64,000 bases of DNA from Candidatus Bathyarchaeota archaeon (GTDB taxonomy: Archaea; Thermoproteota; Bathyarchaeia; 40CM-2-53-6), in NCBI GenBank assembly GCA_963706285.1, contig CAVPLU010000013.1, positions 1 through 64,000 of the forward strand, written 5' to 3'. A program made the position numbers and the translations under genes. The notes beneath the pieces are model-generated. The model worked only from the letters and a program-made list of their open reading frames with translations. It did no database searches and was not told the origin of the DNA. Positions 1 to 11,221 of the stretch are shown here, in pieces; position 1 is the stretch's first letter; each line of letters begins with the position of its first letter.

Positions 1-32
1 TCTACGTTTGCGAAGATTGCAGGCCGTTATTA

Positions 33-470
33 TCAGTGCTTGGCTAGCTCGCCTATGATGATCGTGCCTGTGAGAGTTCCTGACAACACGAATACAAACC
101 AGAGTACAAGCAGGATCCAGACGCGGCCGGAAACCTGCTCGCTCTTGAATAGGATGTTCACTAGCACGAACTGCGCGAATCCGAAGATCACTCCCACCAG
201 GTTCAACGCGCTCAGTCCAAGCAATCCCAGCGTCCTAGTTGACACTTCGCCTGCTGCAGAGAACACCATGAGGTCAGAGATGAAAGTGACAGGGCCTATG
301 ATCATTAGAAGGATGAATATTGGATTGGCGATGTAAAACTGTGGTTTAAAGAGATCAGTCAGTCCGTACCTTACTTCTTTTGCCGCAAATATCCTTACCA
401 AGCTGAAGAGAAGGAACACGGTGTTCGCCAGACCCGCCCAGAAAATGGTGGTTAGGATCCTTCCATCCAA
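33..470 (-). CDS. hypothetical membrane protein
   Basis: 145-aa ORF with about 4 hydrophobic segments; no recognisable motif. Confidence 0.6.
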   Translation of the reverse strand: MDGRILTTIFWAGLANTVFLLFSLVRIFAAKEVRYGLTDLFKPQFYIANPIFILLMIIGPVTFISDLMVFSAAGEVSTRTLGLLGLSALNLVGVIFGFAQFVLVNILFKSEQVSGRVWILLVLWFVFVLSGTLTGTIIIGELAKH

Positions 471-564
471 ACTTACATTCGCCCTATTGCTTCTCGCGAT
501 AGCAGGGCTAACCTCAAAAAGTCTTTTGCACGATGTTCGGATTCTTCGAGTCTACCCAGAATGA

Positions 565-1986
565 TCAGCTATTGATGCTGCGGCTGTGTTTCCACGTCGT
601 GCCGGTAGGTGTGTCCTCAACAACTATTCCAATGGCAGCGAGCTCATTTCGCAGCCTATCCGCCGCTTCCCAGTCTTTGTCTGCACGAGCGCGATCTCGC
701 TCTTTCATGAGATGCTCGGCCTCCTCTGACAGTTCTTTGGTCTTTGACTCCTCTGCCAGGATCCCCAGAACCCTATCAAGACCGGAAAAGAACCGCTGGA
801 TGGCGAAGATGTCTCTACTGGATAGTCCGCCTTCGTCCATCGCTCGATTTGCGACCCGGGCGCCGCGGTGAATTGCCGCCAGAGCTCTTGATGTGTTCAA
901 GTCGTCGTCCATTGCTTTTTCGAATTTCATTCGCTCTGCGGATAGTGCCTTTTGCAGTGCGCTATTCTCTTTTTTGGTTGTGGCGCCGATCTTTCTCGCT
1001 CGACGGTCGGTTCCTCGTAGCGCTTCGAGTGCCTTGGCAGCGTCCACAAGCGCTTCCTCTGAAAAGTTGAGTTGCGCTCGATAGTGCGCTGACATGAGCA
1101 AGTACCTTACTGCTAGCGGATCGTGGCCCTTGGATAGCAAGTCTCTGAGTGTGAAGAAGTTACCGGATGATTTTGCCATCTTCTTACCGGCAACAAGAAG
1201 CATTCCCGAGTGAAGCCACATCTTTACGAATCTCTTGCCGGTCGCTGCTTCTGACTGAGCGATCTCGTTTTCATGGTGAGGAAAGATTAGGTCCTCTCCT
1301 CCAGAGTGTATGTCAAATGTTTTCCCAAGGTACTTCATAGACATGGCAGAGCATTCTATGTGCCAACCAGGTCTGCCTTTCCCAACCGCAGTCTCCCAGA
1401 AGTTTTCACCGTCTTCTGGACGCCATCCCTTCCAGAGAACGAAGTCTCTTGCTTCATCCTTGTTGTATTCGTCCGAGTCGATCCTTGCTCCCGCCTTCAG
1501 CTCTTCTAGCCGCGTTCCAGAAAGTCGTCCGTATTTTCTGAACTTTGAGATGTCAAAGTAGACTGACCCTTCTGTTTCATAGGCGAATCCTTTGTGAGCG
1601 AGTTTCTTGATCAGCGCGACCATTTGTTTGATGTGCTGAGTTGCTCGGGGATAGTGTTCGGCCGGTTCGATGTTCAGGGCCTTGAGATCCGCAAAGTAGG
1701 CGTCCGTGTACTTCTTGGTGTACTCGCTGAGGGTCACACCTGTTGCTTTGGACTCGCGAATTGTCTTGTCATCGACATCCGTAATGTTCGTTGCTTGAAT
1801 AACCCTGTAGCCCTTGTACTCAAGATATCTTCTTAGCATGTCCTGGAATACGTATGTGCGAAAGTTGCCGATGTGAGCATAGTCCCAGACAGTGGGTCCG
1901 CAAGTATACATCCTCACGGTATTCCCCTTCAGCGGAACAAACTTCTGCAGCTTCTTCCCGTAAGTGTTCATTAGCCTGAGTGTCAT
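565..1986 (-). CDS. cysS: cysteine--tRNA ligase
   Basis: CGPTVWDYAHIGN (HIGH), GRPGWHIECSAM, FPHHENE and KMAKS motifs. Confidence 0.97.
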   Translation of the reverse strand: MTLRLMNTYGKKLQKFVPLKGNTVRMYTCGPTVWDYAHIGNFRTYVFQDMLRRYLEYKGYRVIQATNITDVDDKTIRESKATGVTLSEYTKKYTDAYFADLKALNIEPAEHYPRATQHIKQMVALIKKLAHKGFAYETEGSVYFDISKFRKYGRLSGTRLEELKAGARIDSDEYNKDEARDFVLWKGWRPEDGENFWETAVGKGRPGWHIECSAMSMKYLGKTFDIHSGGEDLIFPHHENEIAQSEAATGKRFVKMWLHSGMLLVAGKKMAKSSGNFFTLRDLLSKGHDPLAVRYLLMSAHYRAQLNFSEEALVDAAKALEALRGTDRRARKIGATTKKENSALQKALSAERMKFEKAMDDDLNTSRALAAIHRGARVANRAMDEGGLSSRDIFAIQRFFSGLDRVLGILAEESKTKELSEEAEHLMKERDRARADKDWEAADRLRNELAAIGIVVEDTPTGTTWKHSRSINS

Positions 1987-2224
1987 TTCGAGACTCCTTG
2001 ACTGGATGCGATTGGGGATTGTTCGCTGCCCTCGGACTCGGGCAGCGTACCTTCCAGGAATATGAGGTCGGCAGTTACTTTAGCTTCACGGACGAGGGAC
2101 GCATTGAGACAGAAAACGTGCAATAATAGTCAATTCCCAAGCCTCGACTTCGTCAGAAGCAGGGCGTTAATGTCTCAGACATTTTCAGAAATAGTTTCTT
2201 CGAGTAGGACCAATGGGGCAATGT

Positions 2225-2740
2225 TCATAGTTTGTAGCCAATCTTTCTCAGAAAGCTTTTCCGATCCTCAACATCTTTGGCAGTTTCGATCTCCTTGGGC
2301 TTTGAGCCATCAATAACGCCCATTATTCCTCTACCTTGGTCTGTCTCCGCTATCACAACCTGAAGAGGATTCGCGGTTGCGGCATAGATCGAGCATACTT
2401 CAGGAACCGCCTTGATCCTGTTGAGGACGTTGATCGGGTACGCGTCTTTCAGAAAAATGACAAACGAGTGTCCAGCACCGAGCTCTAGAGCCACCTTCCC
2501 TGCGAGTTTAGAAAGCTCTTGATCATTGCCGGATATTCGGACAAGGCAAGGACCACTTGATTCATTGAATGCTATCCCAAACTTCGCATTGGGAACAGTG
2601 TCTACAATAGCTTCGTGTATGTCCTCAATTGTCTTTATGAAATGGCTTTGTCCAAGTATCAGGTTGGCGCCTTCTGGAACGTCTATCTGAACAACTTTCA
2701 TTTCCATTGTGCGAGTCCCTAACATAGAAATTGTTGCCAT
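2225..2740 (-). CDS. adenosine-specific kinase family protein (DUF355)
   Basis: [35 protein letters not shown] and IGYKL signatures; true start probably slightly downstream. Confidence 0.85.
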   Translation of the reverse strand: MATISMLGTRTMEMKVVQIDVPEGANLILGQSHFIKTIEDIHEAIVDTVPNAKFGIAFNESSGPCLVRISGNDQELSKLAGKVALELGAGHSFVIFLKDAYPINVLNRIKAVPEVCSIYAATANPLQVVIAETDQGRGIMGVIDGSKPKEIETAKDVEDRKSFLRKIGYKL

Positions 2741-2771
2741 GCGTATTAGGCTTGCACGCTTGAGCGCATGC

Positions 2772-3998
2772 CTAGATCGAAAGTTCCTTCTCTAGGGGGG
2801 TGAGGTTGTCAATACCATGCTTCTTGATCAGGATCGTATCCTCGATTCTAACGCCCCCTACTCGTGGCTCATACAGACCTGGCTCCACGGTGACAACCTG
2901 GTTTGTTCTTAGTGTTTCAGAATTGAGTAGGTTGAGGTTGGGTCTTTCTCCGATCGAGAGGCCTACACCGTGTCCTAGAGAATGAATGAAACCTCGCGAA
3001 GTGGCGTCCTTATCGCCTTTCAGCAACATCCTCAGAGTTTTGAAGCCGTTTCTTTCGAAAATGTCGCATGCCAAGTTCATCAACTTGTTGGCTTGTACGC
3101 CCTCTTCGATCAAATCCAACATTTTGGTCTGGACGTCTCGAACGGTTTCATACATTCTGCTGACTCTTGGAGGAACCTTGCCCACAACGTACGTCCTCGT
3201 GAGATCAAACCAGTACCCGTCGGTCCCAACAGGGAATAGATCAAACACAATTGGCACGCCAGCTCTCACTGGCGCAGAAGCAGTCCCCATCTCGTGTGGA
3301 TCTGCCGATTTGGGGCCCACTGCAAAAATGGTGCCCTCCGGGGTCATGAGATCTTGTTCTGCGAGGAGAACGTTGATTCTGGACTTGACCGCGCCGATTG
3401 TAAGCACCTTTGCTTTCAATCTGAGTTTCCCCGAACGCACGTTGCAGTCACGCAGCATCTCTAGAATGTCTTCAACTACGCATGCGGCGTGTTCGCCGAT
3501 GCTTCGAATTCTCCTGATTTCGTTGATATCCTTGGTTTCTCTCAGAGACTCAATCAGAGAGGCATCAGGTTCTCCAGCTACTTTGTATCCGAGCTTGCGC
3601 AGCGAGTCCGTGAGTGAGAGAAGATGTGAGAACTCGTTACGGCTGTATATTCCGACTCTTCCACGAGTTCGGAAAGACCGCAAGAGTGAGTCAATCAACA
3701 TTATGTAGCCTCTTTCTCGGCCGTATCGGTTGACGAGTTTCTCATACCTGTGGTCGCTGTAGGTTCGGACGTCTCTAACTCGGCCTCGTCTTGCGTTTCC
3801 AAGATCGATATTGCTAACGATCAGGAGAGGTTGTTGCCCTGTTCGTTTGAGGAAGATTCCTCCTCGAGGAATCATCGCCCCCGTTGCGTACGCGAGCTCG
3901 GGATTGCCTAGCGTGCTTTCGCCAATGACTAGGACGGTGTCTAGTCCACGTTTCTTCATCTCGTTGTCGAAGTCGGCAAACAACTGATTCAGGTCCAA
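2772..3998 (-). CDS. Xaa-Pro peptidase family (M24)
   Basis: [22 protein letters not shown] and GVRIED metal-binding motifs. Confidence 0.9.
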   Translation of the reverse strand: MDLNQLFADFDNEMKKRGLDTVLVIGESTLGNPELAYATGAMIPRGGIFLKRTGQQPLLIVSNIDLGNARRGRVRDVRTYSDHRYEKLVNRYGRERGYIMLIDSLLRSFRTRGRVGIYSRNEFSHLLSLTDSLRKLGYKVAGEPDASLIESLRETKDINEIRRIRSIGEHAACVVEDILEMLRDCNVRSGKLRLKAKVLTIGAVKSRINVLLAEQDLMTPEGTIFAVGPKSADPHEMGTASAPVRAGVPIVFDLFPVGTDGYWFDLTRTYVVGKVPPRVSRMYETVRDVQTKMLDLIEEGVQANKLMNLACDIFERNGFKTLRMLLKGDKDATSRGFIHSLGHGVGLSIGERPNLNLLNSETLRTNQVVTVEPGLYEPRVGGVRIEDTILIKKHGIDNLTPLEKELSI

Positions 3999-4003
3999 AG
4001 AAG

Positions 4004-4306
4004 CTAGACTTTATGCGCCTTCGGGGGCCTATGTTCAGCGTCCATGGTCTCGCAGACGCGTCTCCAAGTTGCTGCAAAGCGCAGAAACGAGTTCACCATA
4101 GCACGTAGTGCAACGAGGTCCGCAGCGTAGAACCTGATCCTTGTGATTTTTCCGCGTCTCGTTACCCTCACAGCTGCCCTGGTTGTCCCGTGAGCGCCTG
4201 TTTCTGGACCCAAGGCACGTTTCATAGCTTCGGCATCGGGTGCGGTACGGAAATCTATCGATGCTTCGGCTTGTGCCCTGTAGTATTTCAAATCTCTTCT
4301 CCTCAC
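4004..4306 (-). CDS. pcc1: KEOPS complex subunit Pcc1
   Basis: ALGPE...AADLVALRAMVNSFLR motif; conserved position after L37Ae. Confidence 0.85.
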   Translation of the reverse strand: MRRRDLKYYRAQAEASIDFRTAPDAEAMKRALGPETGAHGTTRAAVRVTRRGKITRIRFYAADLVALRAMVNSFLRFAATWRRVCETMDAEHRPPKAHKV

Positions 4307-4363
4307 GCCCGGAATTGGCTGATCAAAGAGACATCGGGTGCAGGGTTGAAGCGTTGTTGCATA

Positions 4364-4795
4364 CTATTCGGTTTGTTCCTCGCTAGGGGTTTGTTCTTCA
4401 CTAGGAGTTTGTTCTTCGGTGGTCTGCTCGGTCTTCTTTCTTCGTCGTCTTCGTTTCTCGCGAGCTGCTGCTGCGGCCTTTTCTTCGTTTGCACGTGCTT
4501 CCGCTCGCTGTTTGAGTTCCGCAGCTAACACTCCTGCAGCCAGTCCTTGTCTGGCAGCACGCTTGGAGATATTACCTAACTTCGTTACCGGAAGATACGC
4601 GCCTCCAGCGAATTTTACGCCGCATTTTCGGCAGCTCCACACCCCAACAGTAATTCGCTTCACAGCCTTAACATGACATCTCGGGCATTCGTGAGGGATG
4701 CGCATACCGGAGACTACTTCAGCGTATCTTCTCCTCGAGACGGTTCCGTACCTGGCGCCGAAACTTCCTGCGGGGCCTACCTTCTTGACTTTCAT
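4364..4795 (-). CDS. rpl37ae: 50S ribosomal protein L37Ae (eL43) with C-terminal extension
   Basis: GPAGSFGARYG, CPRC...WSCRKC, FAGGAYLP. Confidence 0.95.
   Translation of the reverse strand: MKVKKVGPAGSFGARYGTVSRRRYAEVVSGMRIPHECPRCHVKAVKRITVGVWSCRKCGVKFAGGAYLPVTKLGNISKRAARQGLAAGVLAAELKQRAEARANEEKAAAAAREKRRRRRKKTEQTTEEQTPSEEQTPSEEQTE
4367..4420 (-). repeat. in-frame 18-nt tandem repeat (EEQTPS, about 3 copies)
   Basis: gaagaacaaactcctagt / gaagaacaaacccctagc / gaggaacaaacc on minus strand. Confidence 0.8.
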
Positions 4796-5613
4796 CTTCC
4801 AGATGTCGCTCCTCTGATCGTCTCACGAATCTCCTTGCCCTTCTCGATTGAAGTCTTGACGGCTTGTCTGATCTCTTGGTCGGTGAAGGTTCCTTGGCCG
4901 CCTTTCTGCATTGCACAAATGTTCCCGTCGCGCCCTGTGGTGACTGTGAGTCTGGCGCTCATCACAAGCTCTTCCTCTAGGCACGGGTCTATGATCATGC
5001 GGCCGTCAATCTTAGCGGTCGTTACGGCCACAGGCTCGTTCTGTACGGGTAGTGGTGTCAGTTCGTCGCTTGTCCGTATTTCTTCCCCATGCATCTCGAA
5101 TCTTTTCATTTTTGATGTGAGTAGCGCAGACAGTGCAGATATCGCTGAGGCGTCGATCAGGTTTCCATCATGGTCGAGAACGTACACGTCAACGAAAACG
5201 ATGGCGACCTTCTTCCCTGGGGAGACACACAGTGACTCAAGTCCGATGGTTTTTGATTCTCGAATTCCTCTATCAACAACTCTGGCAAGCTCAATGGCGG
5301 TCTCGCTTGGAGGACCTGCTTCGAAGGAAGGTGAAGCGAATGGAACTAGTTCGGCATTGACCGTGAGGACGCCTTGGTTTGGTGTGTCTGGGAACGGTTG
5401 TCCTAGTTCGACTTTGACTCCAGTCATTACCTTGGTCTTACCTAGGTCTACTAGGGCCGATCCGTTTGCCTTTTGGATTAGGCCTGTCTCGATCTTCAGT
5501 GGTCGATAATCGGTCAGCTTTCGCTCGTCTATTCTTCCTTCTTTTGCTAGAAGGTCGGCGATGCTTCGCTGCTCGATCTTGCCGATTGGTGGTATTTGCG
5601 GTGTTGTTGACAT
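4792..5613 (-). CDS. rrp42: exosome complex component Rrp42
   Basis: GRIDERKLTDYR, KANGSALV, HDGNLIDAS; own ATG at 5613 overlapping a TGA (TGATG). Confidence 0.93.
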   Translation of the reverse strand: MSTTPQIPPIGKIEQRSIADLLAKEGRIDERKLTDYRPLKIETGLIQKANGSALVDLGKTKVMTGVKVELGQPFPDTPNQGVLTVNAELVPFASPSFEAGPPSETAIELARVVDRGIRESKTIGLESLCVSPGKKVAIVFVDVYVLDHDGNLIDASAISALSALLTSKMKRFEMHGEEIRTSDELTPLPVQNEPVAVTTAKIDGRMIIDPCLEEELVMSARLTVTTGRDGNICAMQKGGQGTFTDQEIRQAVKTSIEKGKEIRETIRGATSGR

Positions 5614-6378
5614 CAGGCTGCTGCCCCCTGAGATTCCGTGCTTTTCCTCGGCTTGTTCCTTGACGGACACGTACTTTCGTTTCAGTGCTTCAATCTGTAT
5701 CTCATTGATCTTCTTGCACGCTGCGATGCCCATGTCCAGCGCTTGGTTGAATTCTTCTTCGGTGAGGGAACCATCCATTTGAAGCAGTGTGACCATGCCT
5801 GATTTCGGCATGAATGCGATAGGTAGGTCAGCGTCGCCTTGTTTATCTTCGATATCAGAGGGATCCAACGCGATCTTTCCATCGACTTTGCAGACGGCAC
5901 ACGCGGCAACAATTTCTTTCAGCGGTATGCCGGCGTCTGCCAGTGCGAGGGATGCTGCAGTTATTCCTGCGCATCTGCTGCCTCCGTCTGATTGGAGGAT
6001 TTCGATGAAGATATCGATCGAAGTGCGTGGGTAGACTTCTGACATTATTGATGTTTCTAGGGATTCTCTAATGACCTTGGATAGTTCAAGTTCTCTTCGC
6101 GATGGTGCAGGAGATTTTCTCTCCTCAACGGAGAAAGGTGCCATATGGTAGCGACACTTAATCACAGCACGATCTGCAAGTGCGATGTGTTTCGGGTGGG
6201 CTTCTCGCGGACCATAGACTGCCGCTATGATGCGATTCCTCCCATGTTCAATGTAGGCTGATCCGTCAGCCTTGTCCAATACGCCAACTTCCAGCTTGAG
6301 AGGCCTGAGCTCATCAAGTCTTCTCCCGTCGGTGCGCAGGCCATTTTCGTCAACAAGCTTGATCTCGGGTTTGTTCAT
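5613..6378 (-). CDS. rrp41: exosome complex exonuclease Rrp41 (probable +1 sequencing error near 5642-5645 hides its stop)
   Basis: GLRTDGRRLDELRP, YGPRE, SDGGSRCAG; removing one A gives ...EESTESQGAAA* with the TGA overlapping the rrp42 ATG. Confidence 0.93.
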
Positions 6379-6385
6379 CTCTTTC

Positions 6386-7072
6386 TTACCTCAATCCTTT
6401 GTTCATCAACTCGCTCACGCGATCCGTGAGTCCTCGGGTGTGTGCCTCTCGTTCGATCAGGTACATTGCCGCCGCTGCGACCTGTTCATTCTTAGGCTGC
6501 CGACCTGAAACCAAAACTGTTCCGTTCTGACCTACAATTATCTCACAATTTGTTTCCTTCTTCAGTAGGCTAATCATCGATCCTTTTCTCCCGATCAGTC
6601 GCGGTATCTTCGCCGGCGATATGTGGACAACACGTCCTGAAATGACCTTCCCGAGTCCGCGACCCCTAACCGTCAACAACGGGTCCCGCGTCCTATCGAA
6701 TGCAATCACCTCTGCCATCACAAGATCTCCGACATTGAACACTTTGGCAAGATCCTTCCTTACGGCCATGCCTCTTGAGGCAGGGGTCTCTGAAAGTGGA
6801 AGGTACGCCGGGTATGGAGAAGATATGTCCATAGTCCATCCCGACATCGCGATATCAACCACGCGCCCAATGACAAAGTCGTCTACGCGTGGGATATAGC
6901 AGCCTTTCAGCGGAACGACAATGATCTTGTTAGCGACTAGCTCTGCGAGGCCTATTTTGGACGCGTATACCTTGTTGCCTTCTCTGTATGTGTTCTCACC
7001 AGGGAAGTACGATCCTTCGGCCAGCACTTCTCCAGGGGCGACTAGCTGTTTCTTCTCGGTGAACATGGTCAA
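6386..7072 (-). CDS. rrp4: exosome complex RNA-binding protein Rrp4
   Basis: VAPGEVLA, S1 domain and KH motif PRLIGRKGSMI. Confidence 0.95.
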   Translation of the reverse strand: MTMFTEKKQLVAPGEVLAEGSYFPGENTYREGNKVYASKIGLAELVANKIIVVPLKGCYIPRVDDFVIGRVVDIAMSGWTMDISSPYPAYLPLSETPASRGMAVRKDLAKVFNVGDLVMAEVIAFDRTRDPLLTVRGRGLGKVISGRVVHISPAKIPRLIGRKGSMISLLKKETNCEIIVGQNGTVLVSGRQPKNEQVAAAAMYLIEREAHTRGLTDRVSELMNKGLR

Positions 7073-7700
7073 CTATTTCATCTCAATTCTCGCGTAGCAA
7101 GGAACTGAACCACTGAGCCGGCCTACTTTAACACTTTCGTCTTAGGATTTTGGGGAAGATAACTATGCCGACAAGCTACGTTGAATCGCTATTCAGAGTG
7201 AGTGGGATTCCTCGAACGTAGTTCCGTTCTTTAGTAGTATGCGAGTGCTTCCCCTAGCCGCTTAGCGCATTTCATGCAGATCGTGGGGCCGTCACGAGAG
7301 ACCCGCCTATGACACATTGTGCAGCGAACGATTCGTTTAGGATCCGAAGTTGAGGTCATACCGACATACAGTTGCGTCTTGACTGTTGATCATAGCAGGG
7401 ACCCGTGTGGTCTGACTGAGAGTCCCGGGTGAAAGCATAGCTCCCGAAAGGTCACCTGACGACGCTGGAAGCCAAGCTTGCCCGCATCTGTTCGGTCGCG
7501 GAATTGGAGTCATGCAAACTAGAATTGCTGGGCGCGAACAAAAGCCAAGGAGATGACTGCCGCTGCACTTGTGTCGGAAGCAGAAACTGGGCCGGCACGC
7601 TGAAGTCCTCCACAATCCGTCTCGTTGTAGCCCTTGAAGGGGCGAACTCAACGAGCGCTTGTTTCGACTTGGTGAGCGGAAGATTCACTTCCAAGATTGC

Positions 7701-9294
7701 TTAGAGTCTTCGTTTTGTATGCTCGATTATCCTGAATGCTGGCAGGATGCTTCCTGCTGCTAGGAATGAGAGGACGATCCCCGCGCTGACGAACGTCAGC
7801 ATCAGGTCCAATCCAAGTAACTCTGAGATGATGAATCCGTCTAGAAGCAGGGCAATCAGAATAGCAATGCATCTCATCACTGTTCTCTGCGTTCTCCTGT
7901 CAATTCTCCGTCGCACAATCCAGAATATGCCGACCATCGGCAATGCTACGTAGACGAGTCCTATGAGCGAACTGGCCACTATACCACTTGCCAGCGCAGC
8001 AAGTTCAGGTCGCGACGCAAGCACCGAGAAGGTGACAGATGAAAGATGCAGAATACTCATCAAAGGATAGAGAATACCTCTCGCCAAAGTCCTAGCAACC
8101 TCATGCGTACCAATGAATTGGGCGACGGTTGGACTGAAAGAGTAATACCACAAGTTGAAAGCCATCATGAACTGCCTGCCAGCGCGGGTCTGAACAATCG
8201 ATTGGTCTCTGAAGTTTCTTAGGAACTGAACTTCAGGCGCAAGTTCTGAACCATACGTAGCCGTCGCAATCAAACACGGGAAGCAAGTGTGTTCTCGGAC
8301 ATCCCATTGCCCATTCAAGCAAAACTTGGTCCACTTAGGCTCTCCGGTCAAACACTTCGAGTCACTTTCTTCTACCGTGCCCTCAGGCCAGCATTGGGGA
8401 CAAGGTTTCAGGTTCGTTTCTTGAACCCAAGCTCCATTCTTACATACCTTTTCGCTGGCGATCGTTTTCGAATCGCCACACAACACGACGTCCGAGGTCT
8501 GGCCTTCAGGCCAGCATTGGGGACAAGGTTTCGGGTTATTTTGCTGCACCCAGGCTCCATTCTCGCATGTCTTCTGGGTCTTCCATGTTACTCCGTCAGC
8601 GCAATACTCGAGATCCTTGGTTTGGCCGGCAGAACATTGTGGGCAGGCCTGTGATTCCTGTTTCCAAGCTCCATTCTGGCACACTTCGCGAGTCTTCCAT
8701 GTCGTTCCGTCGGCACAGTAATCGATTATCCTCCTGTCGCCCTCAGTGCATTGTGCGCAGGCCTGTGATTCCTGCTTCCAAGCTCCATTCTGGCACACTT
8801 GGCGAGTCTTCCATGATCCATTCGGACAATTATCGATAACATTGACTGCACCTTCTTGGCACCCACCATACCCACCAGAGTAGACGCATGAACCGCTGTA
8901 GTAATCGCAAGAGTAGCCTGGACCATACGTTGCCTGACATTGAGCATTGGTAGAGCATCCGTATGCATCCTCCACCACCGCCATAGTAGACGCAGTAACC
9001 GCTGTAGAAATCGCAAGAGTAGCCTGAACCAAACGCTGCCTGACATTGAGCATTAGAAGAGCACCCATATGATCCTCCACCACCATAGGTGACGCAGTAG
9101 CCACTTGCAAAATCGCACGTGTAGCCTGCACCGAAAAAGGCCTGACATTGAGCATTCGATGTGCATGCTGCTGAGGGTTTCAGGTGCAGCTGAGGGTGAC
9201 TGGCTCCTGCAACAGCTACCAATTGTATTAGGAAGAGTGTTGCGACTGCGGTCGCGACTAGACGCGGGGTTACGTGACGGAACACCAATCTCAC
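7701..9294 (-). CDS. secreted Cys-rich repeat protein with CFI-box-CTERM membrane anchor (one +1 frameshift near 8965)
   Basis: Signal peptide in ORF 8830..9294 joins ORF 7701..9155; CLIATATYGSELAPEVQFLRNFRD motif followed by TM helices. Confidence 0.8.
8280..9170 (-). repeat. coding tandem repeats: 3 x CxxNAQCQAxxGxGYxCDxxSGxCV and about 6 x CxEG...C.DG..WKT..C.NGAW.QE
   Basis: Visible in protein and DNA (cctgacattgagcatt x3; ctccattct recurring). Confidence 0.85.
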
Positions 9295-9598
9295 CAGCCA
9301 TAGAATCTTCCTCTAAGTAGAAGAGGCTTTCCGTGAATGAAGCAATTTCTTTCGAGTCTTGGACACTTGCACGTGTTCCTGTATGTGTTAGGAATCTGGG
9401 GAAGTAGGCAGCTCGATTCTAGCTGACATGATGATTCGGGCCGAAGTGGGTCTGTCAACTTCCCGCGTGGTGGTTGGGAGTTCTAGATGATCATCACTCG
9501 TCAAACGGAAAGCACGTCAAACCGTCAAGAAAGCGGTGGGCTGACAACTCGAGTTCATGAATAAAAGGGAAAACAAGCGGCGGATCAGGAAAAGGGGC

Positions 9599-10289
9599 TC
9601 ACTTCAGCACTTTAGTCTGTACGGTGCCCTGAGTAAGTTTTGCCAAGACGATCGACAAATGAACTGTAGAGTCCGGCCGGCATCTCCACGAGCGCCACCA
9701 AGGATCCATCTGCTTGCCATTCTTCCTTCGTGATTGTTCCAAAACCTTTGATGGAACCGTATGCCTTCGCAGCATGTTCTGGGAAAACTTTGACCGCCAC
9801 TCTCATCTTGTCGATCTTGATGGGAAGGAGTGTTCGAAGTTCCTCGATTACGGCCTTCGCCTGCTCTTCCGCGGGCTTGAACGGGTCGACAACCATGCGA
9901 ATCTGGTTGAATGCTTGTTCAATTCTGAGGGGGGGATGAGGCGTACCGGTTCTAGGGTCGAGGCAGTTGCGGGATATGAAGGCTATGATCTGCTTTCGTT
10001 TGTCATCTACTAGTTGTCGTCTCTGCTCGGTTGTAAGCTGGAGCTCGCCATGTTTCATAATGTCTTCGGCGACGGTGGCTGGGTCTGTGGTTCCGAATGC
10101 CTTCTGAAGTTTCTCTTCTGATGCGTGCGTTCCCTTGCTGGCATCAGTGTAGATTTCGTCGATAACAAGCATCTGTGAGATTGGGGTAGGCTTGCCCATC
10201 TTGTAGTCTAGGGCGGGGTCGGGTTTGACTAGGATCTCGAACTTCTCGCCGCTTTTCGTTATCCTCGCTGTCGTGTATTTGTCGCTCAT
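9599..10289 (-). CDS. ribosome maturation factor SBDS/Sdo1 (+1 error near 9640)
   Basis: GEKFEILVKP, GELQLTTEQRR, PHPPLRIE; removing one A restores GKLTQGTVQTKVLK*. Confidence 0.93.
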
Positions 10290-11032
10290 TTGGTGCCAGC
10301 CTTTTTGGCTGACTCGAGCTTCTTGAGGTACTTTTCAACGTCCGCCGGAGCGAGCTTCGTGAATTTCTTTGTCGCTGCTGGGATCAGGGCGATTCTAATC
10401 TTTTGAGCGTCGATCTTGTCTTCGAGAACTTTGCTCATGCACTTCAGGGCAAGCATGACGCTGTCGTCGAGAGTTATAGAGTCCTTGTACTCTGCTTCGA
10501 GGATTTCATTGGCTGCATCTCCGCCGGCCCCAATCGCCCATGCCTTGTACGCAAGGTAGGCGCCGCTAGGGTCGGTCCAGAAGATGCGACTGCCCTTTCG
10601 GTCTATGCCTCCAAAAAGGATTGAGATTCCGAATGGTCTCACACCAGCGTGCTGCGTGTAGAGCTGCTTAATCTCACCAATTCGTCGGGTTAGAATCTCA
10701 ACGTCGATCGGTTCGTCGTAGAGCAATCGATTACTCTGCGAGTAGATTCGGGCTTGATCGATCAGAACGTGAGCATCACAGCTGAGTCCAGCCACGGCGG
10801 CGCCCACATGCTCGTCGATCTGAAAGATCTTCCACATGAAGGAAGGATCTTGAAGTTTCGAGGTTGCTCGCTCTTCCGCAGCTAGGACAACTGCTTCCGA
10901 CGAAGCAATTCCCAGAACAGTCGCGCCCCTCTTGACGGTTTCAGAGGCGTACTCAACCTGAAAGAGCCGACCGTCAGGAGAGAAGACGGTGATTGCACGG
11001 TCATAGGCTCCGGGAACAGAGAACATTGACAA
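10286..11032 (-). CDS. psmA: proteasome subunit alpha
   Basis: YDRAITVFSPDGRLFQVEYA, RPFG, TDPSG. Confidence 0.97.
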   Translation of the reverse strand: MSMFSVPGAYDRAITVFSPDGRLFQVEYASETVKRGATVLGIASSEAVVLAAEERATSKLQDPSFMWKIFQIDEHVGAAVAGLSCDAHVLIDQARIYSQSNRLLYDEPIDVEILTRRIGEIKQLYTQHAGVRPFGISILFGGIDRKGSRIFWTDPSGAYLAYKAWAIGAGGDAANEILEAEYKDSITLDDSVMLALKCMSKVLEDKIDAQKIRIALIPAATKKFTKLAPADVEKYLKKLESAKKAGTK

Positions 11033-11221
11033 TCATTTTCACCTTGCGAACTATTCACATTCGCAACCTTGAGTCCCAAACCCGCAATTGTGCGGGGATG
11101 ATACTTGGTCGCGATCTCCCCTTAGTCTATTAGCCGACTATCTAAATACAGCGCTTTGGATAGAAAGAAGACCGTTACGTCAGCGCCAATGTTGCGACTA
11201 TTCATGTGCGGTGTGGGAGCA

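Noticed and set aside
4792-6378. Apparent Rrp41-Rrp42 fusion (528 aa)
   Set aside because: A TGATG stop/start overlap sits at the junction, and deleting one A from a homopolymer restores two normal genes; it matches the window-wide +1 error pattern.
7337-7694. ORFs and a hairpin (7621-7655) between rrp4 and the Cys-rich gene
   Set aside because: No motif or coding support; the hairpin is most simply a terminator-like element.
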